Shown one piece after another: positions 1 through 12,700 of a DNA stretch of 64,000 nt. The translations under genes and the position numbers were made by a program. The DNA lies in NCBI RefSeq assembly GCF_009914755.1, contig NC_060931.1; one strand, written 5' to 3'. The stretch comes from the human T2T-CHM13v2.0 reference genome, Homo sapiens. The stretch's first letter is position 1, and each line of letters starts with the position of its first letter. The notes under the pieces are model-generated. The model saw nothing but the letters and a program-made list of their open reading frames with translations. It did not search any database and was not told the origin of the DNA.

Positions 1-71
1 CTTTTCATAGAGGAGTTTGGAAACACACTGTTTGTAAGGACTGCAAGTGGATATATGGACCTGTTTGAGGC

Positions 72-88
72 CTTCGTTGGAAACGGGA
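72..88 (+). other. CENP-B box, dimer A (representative; ~188 box positions in the window, one per dimer)
   Basis: CTTCGTTGGAAACGGGA matches the consensus YTTCGTTGGAARCGGGA exactly. The count is derived from the dimer map (65 A + 65 B + 58 C). Confidence 0.97.
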
Positions 89-411
89 TTTCTTCATTGA
101 ATGCTAGACGGAAGAATTCTCAGTAAATTCTTTGTGTTGTGTGCATTCAAGTCATAGAGTGGAACGTCCCTTTAGACACAGCAGATTTGAAACACTCTTT
201 TTGCGGAATTTGCAAGTGGAGATTTCTAGCCATTTGATGCCAACAGTAGAAAGGGAAATATCTTCAAATAAAAACCAGACAGAATCATTCTCAGCAAATT
301 CTTTGTGATGTGTGCGTTCAACTCACATAGTTTAACCTTTCTTTTCATAGAGCAGTTTGGAAACACTCTGTTTGTAAAGTCTGCAAGTGGATATATGGAC
401 CGCATTGAGGC

Positions 412-428
412 CTTCGTTGGAAACGGGA
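412..428 (+). other. CENP-B box, dimer B (representative)
   Basis: CTTCGTTGGAAACGGGA, exact consensus, 340 bp after the first box. Confidence 0.97.
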
Positions 429-751
429 TTTCTTCATTTCATGCTAGACAGAAGAATTCTCAGTAACTTCTTTGTGCTGTGTGTATTCAACTCACAGAGT
501 GGAACGTCCCTTTGCACAGAGCAGATTTGAAACACTCTTTTTGTGGAGTTTGCAAGTGGAGATTTCAAGCGATTTGATGCCAACAGTAGAAAAGGAAATA
601 TCTTCAAATAAAAACTAGACAGAATCATTCTCAGAAACTACTTTGTGATGTGTGCCTTCAACTCACAGAGTTCAACCTTTCTTTTCTTAGAGCAGTTTAG
701 AAACACTCTGCTTGTTATGTCTGCAAGTGGATATTTGGACCTCTTTGAGGC

Positions 752-768
752 CTTCGTTGCAAACGGGG
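752..768 (+). other. CENP-B box, dimer C variant (representative)
   Basis: CTTCGTTGCAAACGGGG differs from consensus at positions 9 and 17 but keeps the core nTTCGnnnnAnnCGGGn. Confidence 0.9.
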
Positions 769-3700
769 TTTCTTCCTTTCATGCTAGACTAAGAAGAGTT
801 CTCAGTAACTTTTTTGTGTTGTGTGTATTCAACTCACAGAGTTGAACCTTGCTTTAGAGAGAGCAGATTTGAAACACTCTTGCTGTGGCATTTTCAGGTG
901 GAGATTTCAAGCGATTTGAGGACAATTGCAGAAAAGGAAATATCTTCGTATAATAACCAGACAGAATCATTCTCAGAAAGTGCTTTGTGATGTGTGCGTT
1001 CAACTCACAGAGTTTAACCTTTCTTTTCATAGAGGAGTTTGGAAACACACTGTTTGTAAAGTCTGCAAGTGGATACATGGACCTGTTTGAGGCCTTCGTT
1101 GGAAACGGGATTTCTTCATTGAATGCTAGACGGAAGAATTCTCAGTAAATTCTTTGTGTTGTGTGCATTCAACTCACAGAGTGGAACGTCCCTTTAGACA
1201 GAGCAGATTTGAAACACTCTTTTTGCGGAATTTGCAAGTGGAGATTTCTAGCCATTTGATGCCAACAGTAGAAAGGGAAATATCTTCAAATAAAAACCAG
1301 ACAGAATCATTCTCAGCAAATTCTTTGTGATGTGTGCGTTCAACTCACATAGTTTAACCTTTCTTTTCATAGAGCAGTTTGGAAACACTCTGTTTGTAAA
1401 GTCTGCAAGTGGATATATGGACCGCATTGAGGCCTTCGTTGGAAACGGGATTTCTTCATTTCATGCTAGACAGAAGAATTCTCAGTAACTTCTTTGTGCT
1501 GTGTGTATTCAACTCACAGAGTGGAACGTCCCTTTGCACAGAGCAGATTTGAAACACTCTTTTTGTGGAGTTTGCAAGTGGAGATTTCAAGCGATTTGAT
1601 GCCAACAGTAGAAAAGGAAATATCTTCAAATAAAAACTAGACAGAATCATTCTCAGAAACTACTTTGTGATGTGTGCCTTCAACTCACAGAGTTCAACCT
1701 TTCTTTTCTTAGAGCAGTTTAGAAACACTCTGCTTGTTATGTCTGCAAGTGGATATTTGGACCTCTTTGAGGCCTTCGTTGCAAACGGGGTTTCTTCCTT
1801 TCATGCTAGACTAAGAAGAGTTCTCAGTAACTTTTTTGTGTTGTGTGTATTCAACTCACAGAGTTGAACCTTGCTTTAGAGACAGCAGATTTGAAACACT
1901 CTTGCTGTGGCATTTTCAGGTGGAGATTTCAAGCGATTTGAGGACAATTGCAGAAAAGGAAATATCTTCGTATAATAACCAGACAGAATCATTCTCAGAA
2001 AGTGCTTTGTGATGTGTGCGTTCAACTCACAGAGTTTAACCTTTCTTTTCATAGAGGAGTTTGGAAACACACTGTTTGTAAAGTCTGCAAGTGGATACAT
2101 GGACCTGTTTGAGGCCTTCGTTGGAAACGGGATTTCTTCATTGAATGCTAGACGGAAGAATTCTCAGTAAATTCTTTGTGTTGTGTGCATTCAACTCACA
2201 GAGTGGAACGTCCCTTTAGACAGAGCAGATTTGAAACACTCTTTTTGCGGAATTTGCAAGTGGAGATTTCTAGCCATTTGATGCCAACAGTAGAAAGGGA
2301 AATATCTTCAAATAAAAACCAGACAGAATCATTCTCAGAAAATTCTTTGTGATGTGTGCGTTCAACTCACATAGTTTAACCTTTCTTTTCATAGAGCAGT
2401 TTGGAAACACTCTGTTTGTAAAGTCTGCAAGTGGATATATGGACCGCATTGAGGCCTTCGTTGGAAACGGGATTTCTTCATTTCATGCTAGACAGAAGAA
2501 TTCTCAGTAACTTCTTTGTGCTGTGTGTATTCAACTCACAGAGTGGAACGTCCCTTTACACAGAGCAGATTTGAAACACTCTTTTTGTGGAGTTTGCAAG
2601 TGGAGATTTCAAGCGATTTGATGCCAACAGTAGAAAAGGAAATATCTTCAAATAAAAACTAGACAGAATCATTCTCAGAAACTACTTTGTGATGTGTGCC
2701 TTCAACTCACAGAGTTTAACCTTTCTTTTCTTAGAGCAGTTTAGAAACACTCTGCTTGTTATGACTGCAAGTGGATATTTGGACCTCTTTGAGGCCTTCG
2801 TTGCAAACGGGGTTTCTTCCTTTCATGCTAGACTAAGAAGAGTTCTCAGTAACTTTTTTGTGTTGTGTGTATTCAACTCACAGAGTTGAACCTTGCTTTA
2901 GAGAGAGCAGATTTGAAACACTCTTGCTGTGGCATTTTCAGGTGGAGATTTCAAGCGATTTGAGGACAATTGCAGAAAAGGAAATATCTTCGTATAATAA
3001 CCAGACAGAATCATTCTCAGAAAGTGCTTTGTGATGTGTGCGTTCAACTCACAGAGTTTAACCTTTCTTTTCATAGAGGAGTTTGGAAACACACTGTTTG
3101 TAAGGACTGCAAGTGGATATATGGACCTGTTTGAGGCCTTCGTTGGAAACGGGATTTCTTCATTGAATGCTAGACGGAAGAATTCTCAGTAAATTCTTTG
3201 TGTTGTGTGCATTCAAGTCATAGAGTGGAACGTCCCTTTAGACACAGCAGATTTGAAACACTCTTTTTGCGGAATTTGCAAGTGGAGATTTCTAGCCATT
3301 TGATGCCAACAGTAGAAAGGGAAATATCTTCAAATAAAAACCAGACAGAATCATTCTCAGCAAATTCTTTGTGATGTGTGCGTTCAACTCACATAGTTTA
3401 ACCTTTCTTTTCATAGAGCAGTTTGGAAACACTCTGTTTGTAAAGTCTGCAAGTGGATATATGGACCGCATTGAGGCCTTCGTTGGAAACGGGATTTCTT
3501 CATTTCATGCTAGACAGAAGAATTCTCAGTAACTTCTTTGTGCTGTGTGTATTCAACTCACAGAGTGGAACGTCCCTTTGCACAGAGCAGATTTGAAACA
3601 CTCTTTTTGTGGAGTTTGCAAGTGGAGATTTCAAGCGATTTGATGCCAACAGTAGAAAAGGAAATATCTTCAAATAAAAACTAGACAGAATCATTCTCAG

Positions 3701-6700
3701 AAACTACTTTGTGATGTGTGCCTTCAACTCACAGAGTTCAACCTTTCTTTTCTTAGAGCAGTTTAGAAACACTCTGCTTGTTATGTCTGCAAGTGGATAT
3801 TTGGACCTCTTTGAGGCCTTCGTTGCAAACGGGGTTTCTTCCTTTCATGCTAGACTAAGAAGAGTTCTCAGTAACTTTTTTGTGTTGTGTGTATTCAACT
3901 CACAGAGTTGAACCTTGCTTTAGAGAGAGCAGATTTGAAACACTCTTGCTGTGGCATTTTCAGGTGGAGATTTCAAGCGATTTGAGGACAATTGCAGAAA
4001 AGGAAATATCTTCGTATAATAACCAGACAGAATCATTCTCAGAAAGTGCTTTGTGATGTGTGCGTTCAACTCACAGAGTTTAACCTTTCTTTTCATAGAG
4101 GAGTTTGGAAACACACTGTTTGTAAAGTCTGCAAGTGGATACATGGACCTGTTTGAGGCCTTCGTTGGAAACGGGATTTCTTCATTGAATGCTAGACGGA
4201 AGAATTCTCAGTAAATTCTTTGTGTTGTGTGCATTCAACTCACAGAGTGGAACGTCCCTTTAGACAGAGCAGATTTGAAACACTCTTTTTGCGGAATTTG
4301 CAAGTGGAGATTTCTAGCCATTTGATGCCAACAGTAGAAAGGGAAATATCTTCAAATAAAAACCAGACAGAATCATTCTCAGCAAATTCTTTGTGATGTG
4401 TGCGTTCAACTCACATAGTTTAACCTTTCTTTTCATAGAGCAGTTTGGAAACACTCTGTTTGTAAAGTCTGCAAGTGGATATATGGACCGCATTGAGGCC
4501 TTCGTTGGAAACGGGATTTCTTCATTTCATGCTAGACAGAAGAATTCTCAGTAACTTCTTTGTGCTGTGTGTATTCAACTCACAGAGTGGAACGTCCCTT
4601 TGCACAGAGCAGATTTGAAACACTCTTTTTGTGGAGTTTGCAAGTGGAGATTTCAAGCGATTTGATGCCAACAGTAGAAAAGGAAATATCTTCAAATAAA
4701 AACTAGACAGAATCATTCTCAGAAACTACTTTGTGATGTGTGCCTTCAACTCACAGAGTTCAACCTTTCTTTTCTTAGAGCAGTTTAGAAACACTCTGCT
4801 TGTTATGTCTGCAAGTGGATATTTGGACCTCTTTGAGGCCTTCGTTGCAAACGGGGTTTCTTCCTTTCATGCTAGACTAAGAAGAGTTCTCAGTAACTTT
4901 TTTGTGTTGTGTGTATTCAACTCACAGAGTTGAACCTTGCTTTAGAGACAGCAGATTTGAAACACTCTTGCTGTGGCATTTTCAGGTGGAGATTTCAAGC
5001 GATTTGAGGACAATTGCAGAAAAGGAAATATCTTCGTATAATAACCAGACAGAATCATTCTCAGAAAGTGCTTTGTGATGTGTGCGTTCAACTCACAGAG
5101 TTTAACCTTTCTTTTCATAGAGGAGTTTGGAAACACACTGTTTGTAAAGTCTGCAAGTGGATACATGGACCTGTTTGAGGCCTTCGTTGGAAACGGGATT
5201 TCTTCATTGAATGCTAGACGGAAGAATTCTCAGTAAATTCTTTGTGTTGTGTGCATTCAACTCACAGAGTGGAACGTCCCTTTAGACAGAGCAGATTTGA
5301 AACACTCTTTTTGCGGAATTTGCAAGTGGAGATTTCTAGCCATTTGATGCCAACAGTAGAAAGGGAAATATCTTCAAATAAAAACCAGACAGAATCATTC
5401 TCAGAAAATTCTTTGTGATGTGTGCGTTCAACTCACATAGTTTAACCTTTCTTTTCATAGAGCAGTTTGGAAACACTCTGTTTGTAAAGTCTGCAAGTGG
5501 ATATATGGACCGCATTGAGGCCTTCGTTGGAAACGGGATTTCTTCATTTCATGCTAGACAGAAGAATTCTCAGTAACTTCTTTGTGCTGTGTGTATTCAA
5601 CTCACAGAGTGGAACGTCCCTTTACACAGAGCAGATTTGAAACACTCTTTTTGTGGAGTTTGCAAGTGGAGATTTCAAGCGATTTGATGCCAACAGTAGA
5701 AAAGGAAATATCTTCAAATAAAAACTAGACAGAATCATTCTCAGAAACTACTTTGTGATGTGTGCCTTCAACTCACAGAGTTCAACCTTTCTTTTCTTAG
5801 AGCAGTTTAGAAACACTCTGCTTGTTATGTCTGCAAGTGGATATTTGGACCTCTTTGAGGCCTTCGTTGCAAACGGGGTTTCTTCCTTTCATGCTAGACT
5901 AAGAAGAGTTCTCAGTAACTTTTTTGTGTTGTGTGTATTCAACTCACAGAGTTGAACCTTGCTTTAGAGAGAGCAGATTTGAAACACTCTTGCTGTGGCA
6001 TTTTCAGGTGGAGATTTCAAGCGATTTGAGGACAATTGCAGAAAAGGAAATATCTTCGTATAATAACCAGACAGAATCATTCTCAGAAAGTGCTTTGTGA
6101 TGTGTGCGTTCAACTCACAGAGTTTAACCTTTCTTTTCATAGAGGAGTTTGGAAACACACTGTTTGTAAAGTCTGCAAGTGGATACATGGACCTGTTTGA
6201 GGCCTTCGTTGGAAACGGGATTTCTTCATTGAATGCTAGACGGAAGAATTCTCAGTAAATTCTTTGTGTTGTGTGCATTCAACTCACAGAGTGGAACGTC
6301 CCTTTAGACAGAGCAGATTTGAAACACTCTTTTTGCGGAATTTGCAAGTGGAGATTTCTAGCCATTTGATGCCAACAGTAGAAAGGGAAATATCTTCAAA
6401 TAAAAACCAGACAGAATCATTCTCAGCAAATTCTTTGTGATGTGTGCGTTCAACTCACATAGTTTAACCTTTCTTTTCATAGAGCAGTTTGGAAACACTC
6501 TGTTTGTAAAGTCTGCAAGTGGATATATGGACCGCATTGAGGCCTTCGTTGGAAACGGGATTTCTTCATTTCATGCTAGACAGAAGAATTCTCAGTAACT
6601 TCTTTGTGCTGTGTGTATTCAACTCACAGAGTGGAACGTCCCTTTGCACAGAGCAGATTTGAAACACTCTTTTTGTGGAGTTTGCAAGTGGAGATTTCAA

Positions 6701-9700
6701 GCGATTTGATGCCAACAGTAGAAAAGGAAATATCTTCAAATAAAAACTAGACAGAATCATTCTCAGAAACTACTTTGTGATGTGTGCCTTCAACTCACAG
6801 AGTTCAACCTTTCTTTTCTTAGAGCAGTTTAGAAACACTCTGCTTGTTATGTCTGCAAGTGGATATTTGGACCTCTTTGAGGCCTTCGTTGCAAACGGGG
6901 TTTCTTCCTTTCATGCTAGACTAAGAAGAGTTCTCAGTAACTTTTTTGTGTTGTGTGTATTCAACTCACAGAGTTGAACCTTGCTTTAGAGACAGCAGAT
7001 TTGAAACACTCTTGCTGTGGCATTTTCAGGTGGAGATTTCAAGCGATTTGAGGACAATTGCAGAAAAGGAAATATCTTCGTATAATAACCAGACAGAATC
7101 ATTCTCAGAAAGTGCTTTGTGATGTGTGCGTTCAACTCACAGAGTTTAACCTTTCTTTTCATAGAGGAGTTTGGAAACACACTGTTTGTAAAGTCTGCAA
7201 GTGGATACATGGACCTGTTTGAGGCCTTCGTTGGAAACGGGATTTCTTCATTGAATGCTAGACGGAAGAATTCTCAGTAAATTCTTTGTGTTGTGTGCAT
7301 TCAACTCACAGAGTGGAACGTCCCTTTAGACAGAGCAGATTTGAAACACTCTTTTTGCGGAATTTGCAAGTGGAGATTTCTAGCCATTTGATGCCAACAG
7401 TAGAAAGGGAAATATCTTCAAATAAAAACCAGACAGAATCATTCTCAGAAAATTCTTTGTGATGTGTGCGTTCAACTCACATAGTTTAACCTTTCTTTTC
7501 ATAGAGCAGTTTGGAAACACTCTGTTTGTAAAGTCTGCAAGTGGATATATGGACCGCATTGAGGCCTTCGTTGGAAACGGGATTTCTTCATTTCATGCTA
7601 GACAGAAGAATTCTCAGTAACTTCTTTGTGCTGTGTGTATTCAACTCACAGAGTGGAACGTCCCTTTACACAGAGCAGATTTGAAACACTCTTTTTGTGG
7701 AGTTTGCAAGTGGAGATTTCAAGCGATTTGATGCCAACAGTAGAAAAGGAAATATCTTCAAATAAAAACTAGACAGAATCATTCTCAGAAACTACTTTGT
7801 GATGTGTGCCTTCAACTCACAGAGTTTAACCTTTCTTTTCTTAGAGCAGTTTAGAAACACTCTGCTTGTTATGACTGCAAGTGGATATTTGGACCTCTTT
7901 GAGGCCTTCGTTGCAAACGGGGTTTCTTCCTTTCATGCTAGACTAAGAAGAGTTCTCAGTAACTTTTTTGTGTTGTGTGTATTCAACTCACAGAGTTGAA
8001 CCTTGCTTTAGAGAGAGCAGATTTGAAACACTCTTGCTGTGGCATTTTCAGGTGGAGATTTCAAGCGATTTGAGGACAATTGCAGAAAAGGAAATATCTT
8101 CGTATAATAACCAGACAGAATCATTCTCAGAAAGTGCTTTGTGATGTGTGCGTTCAACTCACAGAGTTTAACCTTTCTTTTCATAGAGGAGTTTGGAAAC
8201 ACACTGTTTGTAAGGACTGCAAGTGGATATATGGACCTGTTTGAGGCCTTCGTTGGAAACGGGATTTCTTCATTGAATGCTAGACGGAAGAATTCTCAGT
8301 AAATTCTTTGTGTTGTGTGCATTCAAGTCATAGAGTGGAACGTCCCTTTAGACACAGCAGATTTGAAACACTCTTTTTGCGGAATTTGCAAGTGGAGATT
8401 TCTAGCCATTTGATGCCAACAGTAGAAAGGGAAATATCTTCAAATAAAAACCAGACAGAATCATTCTCAGCAAATTCTTTGTGATGTGTGCGTTCAACTC
8501 ACATAGTTTAACCTTTCTTTTCATAGAGCAGTTTGGAAACACTCTGTTTGTAAAGTCTGCAAGTGGATATATGGACCGCATTGAGGCCTTCGTTGGAAAC
8601 GGGATTTCTTCATTTCATGCTAGACAGAAGAATTCTCAGTAACTTCTTTGTGCTGTGTGTATTCAACTCACAGAGTGGAACGTCCCTTTGCACAGAGCAG
8701 ATTTGAAACACTCTTTTTGTGGAGTTTGCAAGTGGAGATTTCAAGCGATTTGATGCCAACAGTAGAAAAGGAAATATCTTCAAATAAAAACTAGACAGAA
8801 TCATTCTCAGAAACTACTTTGTGATGTGTGCCTTCAACTCACAGAGTTCAACCTTTCTTTTCTTAGAGCAGTTTAGAAACACTCTGCTTGTTATGTCTGC
8901 AAGTGGATATTTGGACCTCTTTGAGGCCTTCGTTGCAAACGGGGTTTCTTCCTTTCATGCTAGACTAAGAAGAGTTCTCAGTAACTTTTTTGTGTTGTGT
9001 GTATTCAACTCACAGAGTTGAACCTTGCTTTAGAGAGAGCAGATTTGAAACACTCTTGCTGTGGCATTTTCAGGTGGAGATTTCAAGCGATTTGAGGACA
9101 ATTGCAGAAAAGGAAATATCTTCGTATAATAACCAGACAGAATCATTCTCAGAAAGTGCTTTGTGATGTGTGCGTTCAACTCACAGAGTTTAACCTTTCT
9201 TTTCATAGAGGAGTTTGGAAACACACTGTTTGTAAAGTCTGCAAGTGGATACATGGACCTGTTTGAGGCCTTCGTTGGAAACGGGATTTCTTCATTGAAT
9301 GCTAGACGGAAGAATTCTCAGTAAATTCTTTGTGTTGTGTGCATTCAACTCACAGAGTGGAACGTCCCTTTAGACAGAGCAGATTTGAAACACTCTTTTT
9401 GCGGAATTTGCAAGTGGAGATTTCTAGCCATTTGATGCCAACAGTAGAAAGGGAAATATCTTCAAATAAAAACCAGACAGAATCATTCTCAGCAAATTCT
9501 TTGTGATGTGTGCGTTCAACTCACATAGTTTAACCTTTCTTTTCATAGAGCAGTTTGGAAACACTCTGTTTGTAAAGTCTGCAAGTGGATATATGGACCG
9601 CATTGAGGCCTTCGTTGGAAACGGGATTTCTTCATTTCATGCTAGACAGAAGAATTCTCAGTAACTTCTTTGTGCTGTGTGTATTCAACTCACAGAGTGG

Positions 9701-12700
9701 AACGTCCCTTTGCACAGAGCAGATTTGAAACACTCTTTTTGTGGAGTTTGCAAGTGGAGATTTCAAGCGATTTGATGCCAACAGTAGAAAAGGAAATATC
9801 TTCAAATAAAAACTAGACAGAATCATTCTCAGAAACTACTTTGTGATGTGTGCCTTCAACTCACAGAGTTCAACCTTTCTTTTCTTAGAGCAGTTTAGAA
9901 ACACTCTGCTTGTTATGTCTGCAAGTGGATATTTGGACCTCTTTGAGGCCTTCGTTGCAAACGGGGTTTCTTCCTTTCATGCTAGACTAAGAAGAGTTCT
10001 CAGTAACTTTTTTGTGTTGTGTGTATTCAACTCACAGAGTTGAACCTTGCTTTAGAGACAGCAGATTTGAAACACTCTTGCTGTGGCATTTTCAGGTGGA
10101 GATTTCAAGCGATTTGAGGACAATTGCAGAAAAGGAAATATCTTCGTATAATAACCAGACAGAATCATTCTCAGAAAGTGCTTTGTGATGTGTGCGTTCA
10201 ACTCACAGAGTTTAACCTTTCTTTTCATAGAGGAGTTTGGAAACACACTGTTTGTAAAGTCTGCAAGTGGATACATGGACCTGTTTGAGGCCTTCGTTGG
10301 AAACGGGATTTCTTCATTGAATGCTAGACGGAAGAATTCTCAGTAAATTCTTTGTGTTGTGTGCATTCAACTCACAGAGTGGAACGTCCCTTTAGACAGA
10401 GCAGATTTGAAACACTCTTTTTGCGGAATTTGCAAGTGGAGATTTCTAGCCATTTGATGCCAACAGTAGAAAGGGAAATATCTTCAAATAAAAACCAGAC
10501 AGAATCATTCTCAGAAAATTCTTTGTGATGTGTGCGTTCAACTCACATAGTTTAACCTTTCTTTTCATAGAGCAGTTTGGAAACACTCTGTTTGTAAAGT
10601 CTGCAAGTGGATATATGGACCGCATTGAGGCCTTCGTTGGAAACGGGATTTCTTCATTTCATGCTAGACAGAAGAATTCTCAGTAACTTCTTTGTGCTGT
10701 GTGTATTCAACTCACAGAGTGGAACGTCCCTTTGCACAGAGCAGATTTGAAACACTCTTTTTGTGGAGTTTGCAAGTGGAGATTTCAAGCGATTTGATGC
10801 CAACAGTAGAAAAGGAAATATCTTCAAATAAAAACTAGACAGAATCATTCTCAGAAACTACTTTGTGATGTGTGCCTTCAACTCACAGAGTTTAACCTTT
10901 CTTTTCTTAGAGCAGTTTAGAAACACTCTGCTTGTTATGTCTGCAAGTGGATATTTGGACCTCTTTGAGGCCTTCGTTGCAAACGGGGTTTCTTCCTTTC
11001 ATGCTAGACTAAGAAGAGTTCTCAGTAACTTTTTTGTGTTGTGTGTATTCAACTCACAGAGTTGAACCTTGCTTTAGAGAGAGCAGATTTGAAACACTCT
11101 TGCTGTGGCATTTTCAGGTGGAGATTTCAAGCGATTTGAGGACAATTGCAGAAAAGGAAATATCTTCGTATAATAACCAGACAGAATCATTCTCAGAAAG
11201 TGCTTTGTGATGTGTGCGTTCAACTCACAGAGTTTAACCTTTCTTTTCATAGAGGAGTTTGGAAACACACTGTTTGTAAAGTCTGCAAGTGGATACATGA
11301 ACCTGTTTGAGGCCTTCGTTGGAAACGGGATTTCTTCATTGAATGCTAGACGGAAGAATTCTCAGTAAATTCTTTGTGTTGTGTGCATTCAACTCACAGA
11401 GTGGAACGTCCCTTTAGACAGAGCAGATTTGAAACACTCTTTTTGCGGAATTTGCAAGTGGAGATTTCTAGCCATTTGATGCCAACAGTAGAAAGGGAAA
11501 TATCTTCAAATAAAAACCAGACAGAATCATTCTCAGAAAATTCTTTGTGATGTGTGCGTTCAACTCACATAGTTTAACCTTTCTTTTCATAGAGCAGTTT
11601 GGAAACACTCTGTTTGTAAAGTCTGCAAGTGGATATATGGACCGCTTTGAGGCCTTCGTTGGAAACGGGATTTCTTCATTTCATGCTAGACAGAAGAATT
11701 CTCAGTAACTTCTTTGTGCTGTGTGTATTCAACTCACAGAGTGGAACGTCCCTTTGCACAGAGCAGATTTGAAACACTCTTTTTGTGGAGTTTGCAAGTG
11801 GAGATTTCAAGCGATTTGATGCCAACAGTAGAAAAGGAAATATCTTCAAATAAAAACTAGACAGAATCATTCTCAGAAACTACTTTGTGATGTGTGCCTT
11901 CAACTCACAGAGTTTAACCTTTCTTTTCTTAGAGCAGTTTAGAAACACTCTGCTTGTTATGTCTGCAAGTGGATATTTGGACCTCTTTGAGGCCTTCGTT
12001 GCAAACGGGGTTTCTTCCTTTCATGCTAGACTAAGAAGAGTTCTCAGTAACTTTTTTGTGTTGTGTGTATTCAACTCACAGAGTTGAACCTTGCTTTAGA
12101 GAGAGCAGATTTGAAACACTCTTGCTGTGGCATTTTCAGGTGGAGATTTCAAGCGATTTGAGGACAATTGCAGAAAAGGAAATATCTTCGTATAATAACC
12201 AGACAGAATCATTCTCAGAAAGTGCTTTGTGATGTGTGCGTTCAACTCACAGAGTTTAACCTTTCTTTTCATAGAGGAGTTTGGAAACACACTGTTTGTA
12301 AAGTCTGCAAGTGGATACATGGACCTGTTTGAGGCCTTCGTTGGAAACGGGATTTCTTCATTGAATGCTAGACGGAAGAATTCTCAGTAAATTCTTTGTG
12401 TTGTGTGCATTCAACTCACAGAGTGGAACGTCCCTTTAGACAGAGCAGATTTGAAACACTCTTTTTGCGGAATTTGCAAGTGGAGATTTCTAGCCATTTG
12501 ATGCCAACAGTAGAAAGGGAAATATCTTCAAATAAAAACCAGACAGAATCATTCTCAGAAAATTCTTTGTGATGTGTGCGTTCAACTCACATAGTTTAAC
12601 CTTTCTTTTCATAGAGCAGTTTGGAAACACTCTGTTTGTAAAGTCTGCAAGTGGATATATGGACCGCATTGAGGCCTTCGTTGGAAACGGGATTTCTTCA

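Larger units (their letters stand above)
1..1022 (+). repeat. One representative 6-mer HOR unit (dimers A, B, C)
   Basis: Sequence at 1 (cttttcatagaggagtttgg) recurs at 1023. CENP-B boxes start at 72, 412, 752 and 1094 (spacings 340, 340, 342). Dimer C has a 2-bp insertion (gacTAagaag, ~790) and GAATTC>GAGTTC. Confidence 0.97.

Noticed and set aside
580-598. pJalpha-box-equivalent position in the monomers lacking a CENP-B box (ccaacagtagaaaaggaa)
   Set aside because: It is the expected position in A-type alphoid monomers, but it is diverged and I cannot support binding from sequence alone.
949-954. TATAAT resembling a -10 or TATA element once per HOR
   Set aside because: It is a short AT-rich match in eukaryotic satellite with no supporting promoter context; centromeric transcription cannot be inferred from sequence.
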